Below, piece after piece: positions 36,001 to 49,771 of a stretch of DNA of 64,000 nucleotides (its first letter is position 1; each line of letters begins with the position of its first letter). The notes below the pieces were generated by a model, which was given only the letters and a program-made list of their open reading frames with translations, was not told the DNA's origin and ran no database searches. This DNA comes from Utricularia gibba (taxonomy: Eukaryota > Plantae > Magnoliophyta). Position numbers and translations under genes: made by a program. The DNA is taken from contig NEEC01000010.1 in assembly GCA_002189035.1 (NCBI GenBank), forward strand, positions 3,224,001 to 3,288,000, written 5' to 3'.

Positions 36001-38175
36001 GCATCAACGTCAAACATGAAGCAACATTCCCATGGACATAGGAGGAACCAATAACCAGAATGAAAGCACTCATTTAATTTTTTTTCAAGCCAAAATTTTA
36101 AAAATATAACATCCAGAAGGTGCAATTCACATGATAGTTAACAATAGTAGGGCATACTGCTGCCACATATCAATCACTCAATTGGTGAACACAGGATTTT
36201 TAAGCTATGGACATAAAAGAAGGATGACTAAACCATTAAATAGTAAAAAAAGTTTGTTTATGAGGTTCTGATCTTCCAAATTGATAGTGGATGAAATCTT
36301 CTTCAAACGCTCCTCTCCCTTTTTGATGACAGATTCATGACTGGCGGAAAAGGGCGTCCAAGATAAGTACAAATATTGCCTTGTGAAAGAACAATCTATG
36401 TTGAATATGTCACAAAGAATAAGCCTTTAACCTGTCAGCAGAAGCAGCAACATAGATAGGATAAACTTGTTCAGGGGGCAACTGTAAACCCTCAATGATA
36501 TTTAGCATTCCTGACTTCATAATACAAGTCAAAAAGAATAGTTTATAATCTACTAAAGTAGAGTGGCATCAAAGATCTTGAGTATAGTGATCCCATGAAT
36601 GAGATACAAAACAGCTATAAGGTGCTTCTTCATTTTACCTTTCTGTTAGAAAGCAAGGTTCCACTCAATAAACCTTTTCCTGTAACTCGTTCACATTGGA
36701 GTGTAGAGAGTCCAAGTGAGAGCCCACTGAAAAAAAAAGTCTTCTTGTGTTTTAATATTTTGGACACTACACTTTTTTTACAAAATATTATAATGTCATG
36801 GGAGGTACTTCTTCAAGCTAACCTCTGAGAAGATGGCTGATACAGAATCGTGTGAAGACAAAATTCAAGGAGTATCTCACAGTCTTTAGAATGAATTAAA
36901 GTTCTGTATTTTTCCAAAATCTCATCATCAACTCCAGAAGCATGGCACTCACTAATCACCTAGAAACAATGATATGGATGAGAAAAATGCAAAATCGCTT
37001 ACATACAGATAAAACAACCACAATTATTCAGCATCACATGCGGTTTTTAAACACCTTCATCAAAATCCTAAACAAGCATACTCCCATGATTTGTTAACAC
37101 TATAGAAATCAAATTCTAGAAACTCCGTACAGAAACATATTTTTATAGATATCATATTTAGTACAATTACAAGAAACATATTTGATCTTTAAGTGCAAAG
37201 AGGATCATTGCTGCAATTTCGGTTGAATTTCCAAAAAGACTGCATTTTCTACAAACTTCTTGTGACATAACTTTTAAAAAGTTATAACTGGGGCTCTAAC
37301 GGATGTCTGACATAATTTCCCAACCTTGGCTGAAATTCTGAGTAACACGTCCTGCTGAGGAGGAAGAAGCTTGGAGATATTTGACAAAAATACAGGAGCA
37401 ATCGATTCTTTTTCCTACATTCAAACCATCATGGTACTCAGTCAGATGTCAAATTGATAGCAGAAAATGTCAACCCCCAAAGAAACTTCTTACCTTCTTA
37501 CTCACACGATCAATTGCCATCTCAATATACATAAGGCAAAAACTTCTAATCATAGGATATTCACTGGAACCTTCATGCAATGTCCAGAGCTCCAGAAGGG
37601 GAAGACCAACATCGACCTGATGTTTTACTCTTCTGTTTATATGAGTCAGGACTTCCACGACCTGTGAGATAAATATCAAATAAATGAATTTCAAAAAGAA
37701 TCCTAATAGAAGACCATATGCTGGCGCAAAGTGCTTATGCGGCAGCCAACTTCCTCCCCAATAAGAGTGCCATAATGAATTAAGAAAACCATTTGACCTT
37801 TTTTAGCCAAATAAAACTAGTAAACAGCACTCAGGGATTTTTATCAAAAACACATCATACATAGTAAAAATAGCATTGGCTTACATTATGCTCAAAGCTT
37901 AAATACGCGAATGGATTAATCCCATTTCTTACAATTAAGGGAATCTTGAAAAAAAAAATCAGAATTATTACCTTATTCCTAACTGATGAGGAGGAAGAGG
38001 AGAGGGCGGCAATGGATATCGGAATAATCTGCGCCAATAAGCCTTGAAGCTTCGAATCGTCACAAAGTGCAAACCGCGTTAGCATCCTGTCGAGAAGTTC
38101 CACTTTCTCATCATCGGACTTCCCGAAAAGCGCCGCCGTCCAGAATTCAGAGGACGAGGAGGTGGACTCCGCCAT
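27056..38175 (-). CDS. ECM29: Proteasome adapter and scaffold protein ECM29 (HEAT repeats), many exons
   Basis: N-terminal [106 protein letters not shown]. All exons that I traced splice in frame. Confidence 0.93.
33156..33171. repeat. G16 homopolymer in an ECM29 intron
   Basis: 16 consecutive G in an otherwise AT-rich intron. Confidence 0.9.
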
Positions 38176-38563
38176 GACTGTCGTCCTTCCCTTGCTTGTT
38201 CAAGAAGAATAAACGGGAAGAAAAACAAACACTATTTCAAACGTTACGATTATTACAATTATCAGTTTTCAACCTTTAAATTGTTTAGGATGCTAAAAAC
38301 GATTTCTTTAAGAGCACGTTTACATTCTTTGTTCATGGGTATGTTTCTGGCCCAATTTCATTGGGTTACTTGGGCCTCGCCGCTATTTCTTTCTGGGTCT
38401 GATTACAGAAAGTTGCCGTTGCGCTGCGCCGCCGCCTCCTCCATCCTGTTGGCCCTCGCCTATATTCATCTCGTGTTCGAGTCTAGAAAGGGCTTCCCTT
38501 CACCAAACGACTGCAGGCGCCGAGTGTTTGTGAACAAGTTGAGCCAAGCGAAAAAGAATCAGA

Positions 38564-40411
38564 ATGGGGAAGAAGAAGTTTATTGATAAGAAAAAGGCAG
38601 CCACGTTCCAGCTCATGGCCCGGGATACCTCAGACCCCAACTATTCTGCCGATCCATCTGGAGATCGAGTTTTCGTCCGTATTGACAACAGTGAGTATGC
38701 TCCCCCTTCGTCCTTGAATGATGAGGCCATCAATGCAGACCAGGGCTCAATTTTTGGTGATGCCCCTGAAGATCATGTGAACTGTAGCTCTGACGTATAC
38801 TTTGACCATAAGAAGGAGAGTACATCGCTGCCTGATCACATAAGGAAGGAGCTTCTGGAACTGGGTTATCCAGATGATGGGTATAACTATTTGATGCATT
38901 TGAGAGAGATACGGGACACTGGTGGTGGCTCTGGGTATTATGCAAATCCCAAGGCCCGCGTCGATATGCTTCCGAGGGATGTCAAGGTGTGAGAATGTGT
39001 TCCTATTTTTCATAGAATAAAGTCTGAAACTTTTTTGATTATTCTAGTTTTAAGGTGTCCTGAATGCGGGGTATTCTTGTAGGCATATGATGCTTCACGG
39101 GTTGAAGTGCCAAATCTAATCAGTGGCGTCCCTGAGGATAAATCCCTGTACAGTGTAGCATCAAAGCAAGCCAGCATAAGATTGCAGAAGGCACTGGATC
39201 CCGAGGTGGCGGCTAGGCTGGATGACGATGATTCTTCAAAGTTTGCATCTGATGTGGAGGATTTGGAAGATGATTTTGTCATCGTAGCAAATAAGTTGGA
39301 CAGACCTACTAGTGAAGAAATTGTGCAGGTGCATGTTACCGAGTCAAGAGCCGTACGCTCGAGTGGCTACTCTGAAGTTTCAGTTGCAGAAGAAAATGAG
39401 GCTGCTGGTCTTGACTTTGAGAATGAGGAGAAGCGCGTTCGCCGTCCACTTGATGAGCAATTTGATTTGGTACGTTGGGGTCGGTTTCCTTTTTGTTTAT
39501 GTTCCGTGTTGCATGGCTATAAGGCAATCTTTCACGGCTATGTTGTATGCAGCTTGAGCTTCATGAATATGGCAGTGAAGATGAAGATGATTATAATGGA
39601 TGCATTGATGAGTTTGATGCTAAAGAAACCCTTGGGGAAAAGCTCAGTCGTGCATTCAAGGATCCTTCTTCATTCAACGTGGAAAAGGATGATCAGGAAT
39701 CACCAGAGCTAACTGCTGAAGTGATTCGTAAGTGCAGGGAGTATGCTGAGAAGTATGAAGATGAAAATGATGATGATGCGAAAGACCCGTATGAAGATAG
39801 TAGTGATGAATCAGAAGTTTGGGACTGTGAAACTATTGTTTCTACATATTCAACACTTGACAATCACCCAGGTAAGATTGTAGCACCAGAATCCAAGAAG
39901 AAAAAGAATAAGCCAGAGACGCTTCTTGGAACTTCCAGTCTTCCAGTTCAGAAGATAGCACTGAAAGGAAAAGAGAGCATACCTATAGATTTTTTGCCTC
40001 GTAGGGGAATCCGTGGAGATGAAAAGATGAAAGATGAGAAAGGCAGCAAACCTGTGGTAAGGGAACTGCAAAACAAGAAGCCACGAAGTCTAGAGACCAG
40101 GGAGGAGAAGAAGGAAAGGAAGGTTTGTGGAAAACACTCAGCTATATTTAATATGCGGGTGCATTCATGTTCTAGCTGACAGACCTTTTCTCTCCTCCAT
40201 ACTTTGCATGGCATGCATTTATCGGTCCCATATCTTATAAGTTATGCATCCTTTGATAATTGGAATCATTTTCTTGTAGTCTGCTGTAAAATCAGAACGC
40301 CGTGAAGCGCGAAGAATGAAAAAGGAAACAAAAGATCTTTACAAATATGAAGCCCATCATGCTCAGAAAGTGGCAGCGGGTACAGGCCCTGCCTCCATTC
40401 CTCTGAAGTAA
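38564..40411 (+). CDS. LTV1: Protein LTV1 homolog (40S ribosome biogenesis)
   Basis: MGKKKFIDKKKAATFQL, GYPDDGYNYLMHLREI, WDCETIVSTYSTLDNHPGKI, ETREEKKERKSAVKSERREARRMKK. Confidence 0.93.
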
Positions 40412-40753
40412 GTCCCTGGATTCACTGCATCTGAGATGGAAACTCGATCCTCTGACCTTGTGCCTTTTGGTGCTGTGCTCACTTTGCAGTTGAAGCTGCC
40501 TGCCTGCAGCCCTTCCATGCCATGAATGCGCAGATTAAGTGCCCAGGGCATGCTGTGTGTACGTGAAGGATACGAAAGCATAACAAAGATTGGCGTCAAG
40601 TGAGTTATGTTGCTGAGAGTCCCATGATTTTCTGAAGCCATTATTCAGCAAACTGTTTGAAGTTTGAAAAGTGTAATCTTCTCAGCTGCTTAGTCTCCAA
40701 ACGCACTCATGAATCAATAGAATGTTTAGCAACATGCATCTTTTCCCTATGAA

Positions 40754-41871
40754 TTACATAGAAACTAAAATCCCCACAGCAACCAGTAGTTGGTGTAGAC
40801 GAGCATGGAAGAGGAACTTCAAAACCAGGGATGAAGAAGCCCCATTTGCCTCATGCGTTGCTGTAGTAGTAGTTGTTGTATTTGTATCATCACCAACAGC
40901 GTTGTCGAAGTTGGATGGAACCAGCGTCTCCGGAACAGCGTCATCATCGTCATCCCCAGAATCAGGGGCGGCTGGTGCAGGCGAATCACCGAGGCCGGGA
41001 GGCAAGCCTAGTCCATGCGCCACGACGATCTGAAGCTGTTGCCCGTTCTGGCATTGCTCTCCATCATAGTCGCCGGAGAAGAAGTACGTGGCGCCTGTTT
41101 TCACCAAAGGCACTGCCACGGAAACAGGGTGCGGCGCGGTGGACGAGGGTTCCGCCACCGACCACTGAACCGTGTCGGACTCGGAGGCATCGGCATAGTC
41201 GCAGCGGTCGAAGGTCGTGAAGTTGTACGTCTGGATGACGGAGTGGTTGTTATCCGTGTTGAAGACTGCATCCCATCAACACAAATGAAAATATATTATT
41301 TATTTTTTCTCAGAAATGTTTTCAATTTTATTTTTTAATTAAACTTCATTTATAATATTAATTTTAATCCATCCCCCGCAGTCGTCATCTACTTCCAACC
41401 AACTACCAGCTGGAACAGCTAGCGGCCACCCAACTCTATGTAGACACCCCCCACTACACTCCCTTTTTTTGGATTCAATTTGTTAATTTTCATAAAAATA
41501 TCAAATTTAAATGATTTTTTTTTATGAAAATAAGTTTATCCCTATCGTAAAACATTCATTCCTACCGAACGGTGATCATATTCACACACACGATAATAAT
41601 AATAATAATAAGATGTGTGTGTTTAGTGGTGAGGATCACCAAGTTTTTTGAGGATGATAAGGAAGCACTACTCACTGAGGAAATCTCCGAGGGTGAAGTT
41701 TTTGCCGGCGGCCCATCTCCGGTAGTCGGCGTCGGGGCGTTCGAGGACGTCGAACCAGCCGAGGGCGTCGCCAACGGTGTAGTTGGTGTAGCCCTGAGCT
41801 CCAGAGGACAGAAAGATGAAGAAGAGAGCAGGGAGAATGAGGAGGAGGAGGAGGATCGGTCTGCTCGCCAT
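40754..41871 (-). CDS. Early nodulin-like phytocyanin (ENODL; probably GPI-anchored), 2 exons
   Basis: Signal peptide; YTNYTVGDALGWF; WAAGKNFTLGDFL|IFNTDNNHSV; YFFSGDYDGEQCQNGQ; Pro/Thr-rich linker; hydrophobic C-terminus. Confidence 0.9.
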
Positions 41872-42735
41872 TCCTTTTTGTTGATGCTGAGTGAAACACG
41901 ACACGCCCTGCTCGCTCTCTCTATTCCTTTTGCCTCTGATTCTTTTCTTGCTTCCTCTATGGCCTATGAAGATGCTGCTGCTGCCTCTCCCATACCTGCT
42001 TTTTCCCCTTTTATAAATCCCATCAATCCTCTCCACACACAACACACAACTCCAACAGCTAAGCTTTAAATTAGCACATCAACTCAAAACCAACACAATT
42101 CTCAGATATTGACATCACCAACCAAAAAAGAAAAGTGCTTTTACAACAAGGGTAGGATAGTAATTTCAACATTTCAAGAACTACTAAATATCTGATATAG
42201 CCTTAGCCTGCAGAATAAAAAATAAATCTCAAAAGTGTCAAAAATATATTTTTATTTTTAATCTATACCTATTGTAAATTCGAAAATATCTCTAAATAAT
42301 TTCTTTTTTTAATATTCAAAATCTAAAAATACTTCAATGACGTTCGGACTTTCTAAAATTTTTATTTTTTAAAACTCAAAAAGAATTTAAAAATTGAAAC
42401 ACTGCCTCGGTGGTACTTTATACTATTTTACTACTGTATAATGTTTGACTATATGTTTAAATTATTTTGTGAATTAGAAATTAAAAAGACAGTCACAGTA
42501 GTGGTATCTCAGTAGTTTCCACAACACAGCCGTTGGCAGGGGCGGCGGCTTCCTCCACACAAGGCACTTGGCATTCGTTATGTACAAGGTATAACAACGT
42601 ATCCTACAACGAACCCCCTCCCCTCCTGCCTTCTTCTCATGGTGTCTCAAATTAGCTGCCTGTGGATAGACTGAGATCAGAGCCAACAAAAGAAGAGAAA
42701 GGAGCAAGGAGTTGTCCACCATGTGCTGTTCGTGC

Positions 42736-44316
42736 CTACCTCTTGACTGGCTTGTACAGAACAACAGTCACGTACTTGGACTGGAACCTGTGAGTCAGAC
42801 CAAGCGCAACCACGGAGTCCGCTGGCCGGCCTTTCTCTGTGAACAGGTGGTTCAGGATGACGTGCTGGGGTTTGGAAGGAGTGGTTTCCCGTTCGGTCTC
42901 CAGTTGAGGTGGGAGTATTAAGGGATCCTTGGTGAAGTCTTCGTCCCTAGGGAAAACTTGGCCGTAGCTGGATTCTGGTGATGAGGGTGCCTCGAACTCC
43001 ACCACACTCTCCACGCTTTCAGGGACATAGCCCTGAAAAACATGCAACACACATCATGGGATCAATCATACGAGACACCAGAAAGGTTGACTGCAAGCTG
43101 ATCTTCAGAGAAGATTGTCTACACCCTTTGGGGGGTTTCAGGCCATACACCGCAGCAGTACAGGGAAAGATAATGATAATTCAGAGGCTAACGATGCAAC
43201 ATTTTAACCTCCCAACTGCTGATTTAAAAAGTTGCTTCCCTTTTTCGAATAAATTGAACCAATTAAGTTTTCAAAGCGCAGTCATCAGTTTACCTGGACA
43301 TCGAGAACATTGCAAGGATGACCATCGTCGTCGGTTTCATTTGGAAGATCTGGGATATGTCTCTGTTCACCATCCACAATGAATCGGTAGCGGAATACGC
43401 CTGATGGTAGAACCAGCAGGATGGAATGATCCTTGCCTGATCTTTGGAGTGTTTTCCTGCAAGAACATCACATTTGATGCCCCGTGACTCCATTCAAGCA
43501 ACAGATGCAGCTTCAGTACAGAAACGATTACCTTGTAGTCCAGTTATCCCAAGATCCTTCCACAGTGACATTGTTTCCACCCAAGCACCATGAAATTATT
43601 GTCGGTATGCCTGGTTCAACAGGCTCATTGCTGTATGTTCGCGAATCGGTTCGTTGAAATGGATTGAAAGAGGAAACACCATTCAAATGTAAAGGAGGAA
43701 GGGGCTCCTGCCACGAAACACGCCAAGGCATGTGAAACTCTGAGAGTAAACAATACAAGCAGAACACGACCTTTTCAAATTCCCCAAATCACTGGAATCG
43801 CGGAAAACGCCCCGAAAGACAAAAAAAAAAAAAATTGCAAGCATACGGAGAGAAACAGTCTATCAAACCAAAAGACGCAACTGACGGGAGAATTCCAAAC
43901 CGAGCAGGGCAATGAAAGCCATAACACCCTGTCCTGCATTATGCCCTTCTTCTTCTAATGCCGCTGATTATTGACAGCTTCACGAATTCGCAATGGTAGC
44001 TATAAAAAACTAATAGAATTCTAGATACCTAATCGCACCCACGGCAATCGCGACTGACCTACCAAAATCACTCGATAAAGGAAGATCGATCTATCACACA
44101 CGCCGATTAACGAACCAGACGGAATAAAAAAAGAGAAACATAAAAGACCTGGGACGAAAATAAAAGAGGCGCTGAAGACTGGATATGGCCGTGAGGCGGC
44201 GAGCTAACCATCAAATCAGCGGATGAGACGCGATTCGTCGGAGCATTGCCGGAGTAATGATCGCCGCCATTGTCGGCGGCGGCGTGTTCTTCTTCCTTTC
44301 CGCTGGTATTCCCCAT
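42736..44316 (-). CDS. SnRK1/AMPK regulatory beta subunit (KIN-beta1-like)
   Basis: MGNTSGK myristoylation-type start, CBM domain [31 protein letters not shown] domain [26 protein letters not shown]. Confidence 0.93.
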
Positions 44317-44523
44317 GAGTCGTCAAAAAGTAAAAACTACAATACCATGGTCGATTGACTGCAGAAGTTGAAAGGATAGACTTGAACTGCCGGGGCCAGC
44401 ACAGCAGCAGCGTTTAGGTAGGCCGAAGAAAAACAGAGAGAGGATGCTGGATGAGGAGGGACAATCTGGACCGTCTATCACGGATAGGAATTATTTGTAG
44501 CCGTCGATCGAGATCTGAGCTGG

Positions 44524-44921
44524 CCACGTGCGACGTCCTTATCAGTAAAGGAAACCCGTACTCAAGAATAGCAATTGGCCCCTCTAACTTTACCCTTATT
44601 ACAAAATAACCCCTCCGATGCCACCCAAAAAAAAAATTCATAAACGGCCCCACAGTTTCCACAAATAACGATATTAACCGGTGAAGGTCTAAGAAGAACC
44701 TAGGGACAATAACCTTATCGGACAATATTCTAAATTCAACCTCCATTTTTTGAAAAATAAAAAACGAGTCATTAAATTCGTTAAGTTACATTTATACCCC
44801 CAGACGGAATCGCCAGGAGGGAGACGAGGCAATACCAATTTGGAAATATGCGACTGGAGTCGCTTTCCGTCCTCATTCGAGTTAATTTCGATCCACGTGC
44901 CTACGAGGAACTAAGCACGTG
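44524..44921. promoter_or_regulatory. G-box elements between the divergent SnRK1-beta and 4CL-like genes
   Basis: GCCACGTG at ~44523-44530; CACGTG at 44894-44899 and 44916-44921, in a small GC-richer patch. Confidence 0.45.
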
Positions 44922-45954
44922 ATATGAGGATGACCTTGCCGTCGTCACCACGATGAAAACACGTCAAGGAATTATGGCCACGCATCAATCATAATCATAT
45001 GACTTGTCATACCTTGTTAATGTTACAGTTAGGAAAAGGGATGTAATTTCTCAACTGCAAAACCGTTGATTTTAAATAAAGAGATGGCTGATGCTCAATT
45101 CATATATAATCATACTGCAATACTGATTAATATTTTTATGATTAATTCAATTCTAAAGAGTATAGATTATGGCATATGAAATGAATTTTTATATACTTTT
45201 TTGAGTTTTGATGACATTTATCTTAAATATTCGAAACAGACAATCTTATATAAGAAGATTATAAGTCGTAATATAAATTACTTAAATAGATATATCATCT
45301 TCATTTTATATGTGTTATTTTCTTCAAAAATATAAAATATAAAATTGTAAATATTAAATATTTTAAATAAATAATATCATATAAAAAAACATAAGTTGTC
45401 ACATTTGGTATCATATAAACTTGGGTACGTATCAATAATGAGACAAGGGGACACTCAATAATGTCTAAGTGAGGAATAGTATAATATTAGTGAACTAATG
45501 ATGATATCTCACATTGATTATAAATATAGAATTAGACATGTTTAAATAGAATGATACTTTTAATTTAAATGAAATATTTTATTTAAAAAAGAATAACATA
45601 AAACCATTAGAATTAGATTTTCGAAGTCAATAATATCATATAAGTGGAAATTGGGTTGCCACACCCTTACTCAAATTACAATGATTCCGTTTGAAGGCAA
45701 ATTATTACTATATTTTCTTTCAAAATGGTTTTAAAAAAACTTATTAGATTTAACCAAAATATGACACACTGATTTAATACCCTTCATATATTAATGTTAA
45801 TTATACACCACAGACCCTATCTCTGTCATTGTCCTATTGGTATCGCAAGTCATGCCCTACATCTATCTAGGATTTATGCTTCCCCTTCTCGCATCGATTC
45901 CTCATGCTTCGAGAATCTTTCGCTCTTCTCCCAGATTGTTGTGAACGAATCAAA

Positions 45955-48103
45955 ATGGGGTGTCCGGAGCCTCAGACCCCTGTTTCACAGGAGGAATCCC
46001 ATGTTTTCACATCCAAGCTTCCGACGATCCCCATTTCCGACCACCTTCCTCTACACACATATTGCTTTGAGAACCTGTCTGGGGTTGCTGACGGGAAATG
46101 CCTCATAGTCGGCAATTCGGAAAAAACTTTCTCCTTCGCGGAGACTCATCTCCAGTGCCGGAGAGTGGCCGCCGGCTTGCGCAGCCTGGGGGTCGGAAAA
46201 GGCGACGTGGTGATGCTTCTTCTCCATAACTCCCCTGAGTTTGTGTTCACCTTTATGGGAGCTTCGATGATCGGCGCCATTACGACAATGGCGAATCCGT
46301 TTCACACTGGGAAGGAGATATTCAAGCAGTTCAAAACGGCAAATGCGAAGATAATCGTCACCGAATCGGCCTGCGTTTGTAAGCTCCGGGAAGACGATTC
46401 CGTCGTGATCGGGCACGATTTCACCGCCGTAACCGTCGACGGATCGCCGGAAGGATGCATTCACTTCTCCGAGGTCTGTGGCGCCTACGAAAATGACGCT
46501 GCCCCTGAAATTGAAATCGACCAAAACGACGCTGTTGCGCTACCGTTTTCCTCCGGCACCAGCGGGTTACCGAAAGGCGTGATTCTTACGCACAAAAGCA
46601 TGATCACGAACATCGCGCAGCACGTCGACGGCGAGAATCCGAATCTCTACCTGAAACCAAACGACGTCGTTCTCTGCGTTTTGCCGCTATTCCACATATA
46701 CGCCCTGAGCTGCGTGCTCCTCTGCTCCCTCCGCGCGGGATCGGCGGTGCTTCTGATGCCTAAATTCGAGATCCGCTCGGTTCTCGAGGAGATACAGCGC
46801 CACCGCGTGACGGTCGCCATCCTTGTGCCGCCGATTGTGGTCGCGCTGACGAAGAACCCGATGGTAGACGAGTTCGATCTGAGCTCTCTGCGCATAGTGA
46901 TTTCCGGCGCAGCGCCGCTGGCGAAGGATCTTGAAGCGGCGCTGCTCAGCCGCGTGCCGCATGCGGTTGTAGCGCAGGTAAAAGGCCGGCGCATTAGTCC
47001 CACGATTCCTTTTCAGGGTCCCCCTGCTATCCTCACCAACCTCCTCCATATTCCCTTCATGTGCAAGCCATAAATATTTTAAATGATTCGATATTCCTAC
47101 TTTTTTCCCTCATACTTCACATCCTCGCTCAGGCCTACGGCATGACGGAGGCGGGGCCGACGGTGCTAATGCCGCCGGCGTTCGCCAAGCATCCTCTACC
47201 AACGAAGCGCGGCTCATGTGGTAATGTGGTGAGGAATGCAGAGCTGAAGGTGGTGGATCCAGAGACCAGACGCTCCCTACCGCGGAACCATCACGGAGAG
47301 ATATGCGTAAGGGGTTCACAGATCATGAAAGGTTGTCATCGGAATCCATGGAATCGTTTAACCCATCCATAATTGTTACTCAATCTTCCACTGTGACGTA
47401 CTAGTACGGTGCTTGATAGGATATCTGAATGACGCGGAGGCAACTGCGAGAACCATCGATGCGGACGGCTGGCTCCACACCGGCGACATCGGTTATGTCG
47501 ACGAAGACGATGACGTGTTCGTCGTCGATAGGTTGAAGGAGGTCATCAAGTTCAAAGGCTTCCAGGTCTACTACCATCTCTACCCCCCTCATTCAGGAAC
47601 ACTGGTTTTCGGTTTGGGTTTGCCAGTAACAGACTGACGCTGTAGGTTCCACCGGCGGAGCTAGAGGCCCTCCTTGTTAGCCACCCCAACATCACTGACG
47701 CCGCCGTCGTACCGTACGTCAGGGGGCCCCTGCATCTCACCATTACCATTCCCTTTGTTGTGCGTGTACAAAATGAATGCTTCCTGACACGAGTTCCCCG
47801 CAGGCAAGAAGACGAGGTAGCAGGTCAAGTCCCTGTGGCGTTTGTGGTGCAAAATGGACTGGAACTCACCGAGGAAGATGTCAAGAGGTTCATTTCCGAC
47901 CAGGTACACGTCTCCCTCGAACTCAATGTGAGCAACAGATTCTGGGTTTGCTTACATTTTGCCTTGATTGGGGGATGTTGAAGGTGATTTTCTACAAGAG
48001 GCTACGCAGAGTGCACTTCGTGAATTCCATTCCCAAGTCCGCATCCGGGAAGATCCTGAGGAAGGACCTCAAGGCCAAGCTCACCTCATTTTCCCTCTCT
48101 TAA
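45955..48103 (+). CDS. 4CL: 4-coumarate:CoA ligase-like (closest in style to class II), with divergent substrate-pocket residues
   Basis: [15 protein letters not shown], Box [12 protein letters not shown], Box [47 protein letters not shown]. An upstream in-frame ATG exists at 45904. Confidence 0.92.
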
Positions 48104-48468
48104 TTATTATCGATTATTATGATAATTTAATTATTAATATATTTACATTTAAATAAGTATATAATATAATATTATAATTAAAAATATATTTAATAAATAA
48201 TATATATATTATATACATATTTAGAATGAAAAAAATTTATCAAAACTCGTTTGATTAATAAAAATTACGTGATAAAATATTTTAAAAAATATAAATTCAA
48301 AGAATTATGCGAATGAAAAAATGCCATTTGAAGAAAAAAATTGAAAAACTATTCTCTGATGAAAAGGAAAAACGCCAAAAACCAAGGATGACACAAACCA
48401 AATAGAGACAGCTTGGGGGGCCCCTTCTCTAATTTGAACCCAACAACCTTAACAACAAGCTGTCTTCT

Positions 48469-49771
48469 CTATGTGAACTGTCGCCTGATGTATGTGTCCT
48501 CATGCACAAAGACTGGATTTGGAGGGGGAAATTGGGGTTGCCCCATTGCGATGCCGCCGCCTTGGCCGGGTGCGACGGCGGAGGAAGAAGCATCCCGGTG
48601 CTTGGATGAGATCAGTGCTACGTAATAGATGATCCCCAGAACCACACTTGTGAGTGACAACACAGCAGCTCCAGCAAAAACTCCAGCTCTGATCACGTAG
48701 CAGTAGTAGCTGCTGAAGTAGGCGTTCTCTTCGCCGTGCTGATCGTTCAGAGCGGCGCCGGTGAGTAACAGAAGGAAGGCTATCACGAACGTGAACCTGC
48801 GGTGTCACCCGGGTGTAAGCACAGGGGGGCAAAGAGGCGCTTGATGATAATGTGCATTACCAGGAAATGATGAAGCAGATGAGAGCAAGGGTCCAGTTGG
48901 AGTGTGACTGATGCGGTCCAGTTCTACAGCATATGCATCCGGTTGCTATGTTTATGATGATTTGGGCCATCATAAGGGAAACTGCAGCAGTTAGAGCCAG
49001 GCCTAGAGCAGGACTCCTTGGGTATATGCATTCGTAGGGCGAGGGAAAGCTTATTTGATCGAACTGCAGGCAGAGTCAAATCAGTATAAACCACTGGCAT
49101 CAGTCCTGGGGATTTGTCTGTCTCCTAAAAAGCTTCATCATAATGAAAGTGCACTTCACCACACTAACTGAAACGAAATGGTGAAAGGATAGAGACACTG
49201 AGCACTAGAACTGGATCGAAATCAAAGGTATCTATTGAAGGGTATTTGCCCCATAAAAGCGTGACGCCAGCCAAAGAGCAACTCCCTCTTCAACCACTAA
49301 AGCAACTCATTCTTCAACAGCAAAAGAGCAAACAGAAGAAATGCAAGCGCTCAATATGAAACTATTTCCAGTTTCATTCCCTCTGCAAGTCTATTAGATA
49401 AAAAAATATATACACATTTCAAGTCAACTCAAAAGCTCTCTTCAATTATGTGAAAGAAATCAAGAACATCACTATCATTAACCATCCAGCAGACAGGATA
49501 AGAGAAATCAGAGCCCCAAACGATAAAAATTCAATCTCGTGAAGCTACAAACCTAATTCATCTGTTTACACACAGACATCAAGAAAACAGATGCAAGATG
49601 CTGCTTTGACCCAGAAACACGCAGATATGTAGACATCAAACACGATTGGCAATCGATTTAGGTAAGTACCCGTATCCTCTTGGCTTCCGCAGCAAACCCA
49701 GTGGCAGCAGATAGGAGCCCTAAAAACCCCACGACAAAGCAAATCACAAGCTCCTTCTTTTCAAGATTCAT
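48469..49771 (-). CDS. DUF1218 family multi-pass membrane protein, 3 exons
   Basis: GLLSAATGFAAEAKRI, CIYPRSPALGL, GCICC, FIISWFTFVIAFLLLLTGAALN, CYVIRAGVFAGAA, C-terminal PVFVHEDTYIRRQFT*. Confidence 0.88.

Noticed and set aside
41572-42069. 165-aa plus-strand ORF, and similar antisense ORFs at 40873-41338, 46051-47049 and 60136-60438
   Set aside because: Antisense shadows of GC-rich coding exons (ENODL, 4CL-like, ZUP1-like) with no independent support.
16115-48103. Possible phenylpropanoid gene cluster (CCR-like reductase, 4CL-like, DUF1218)
   Set aside because: The reductase and ligase are ~28 kb apart with seven unrelated genes between them, the reductase lacks the CCR NWYCY motif, and no co-regulation evidence is visible.
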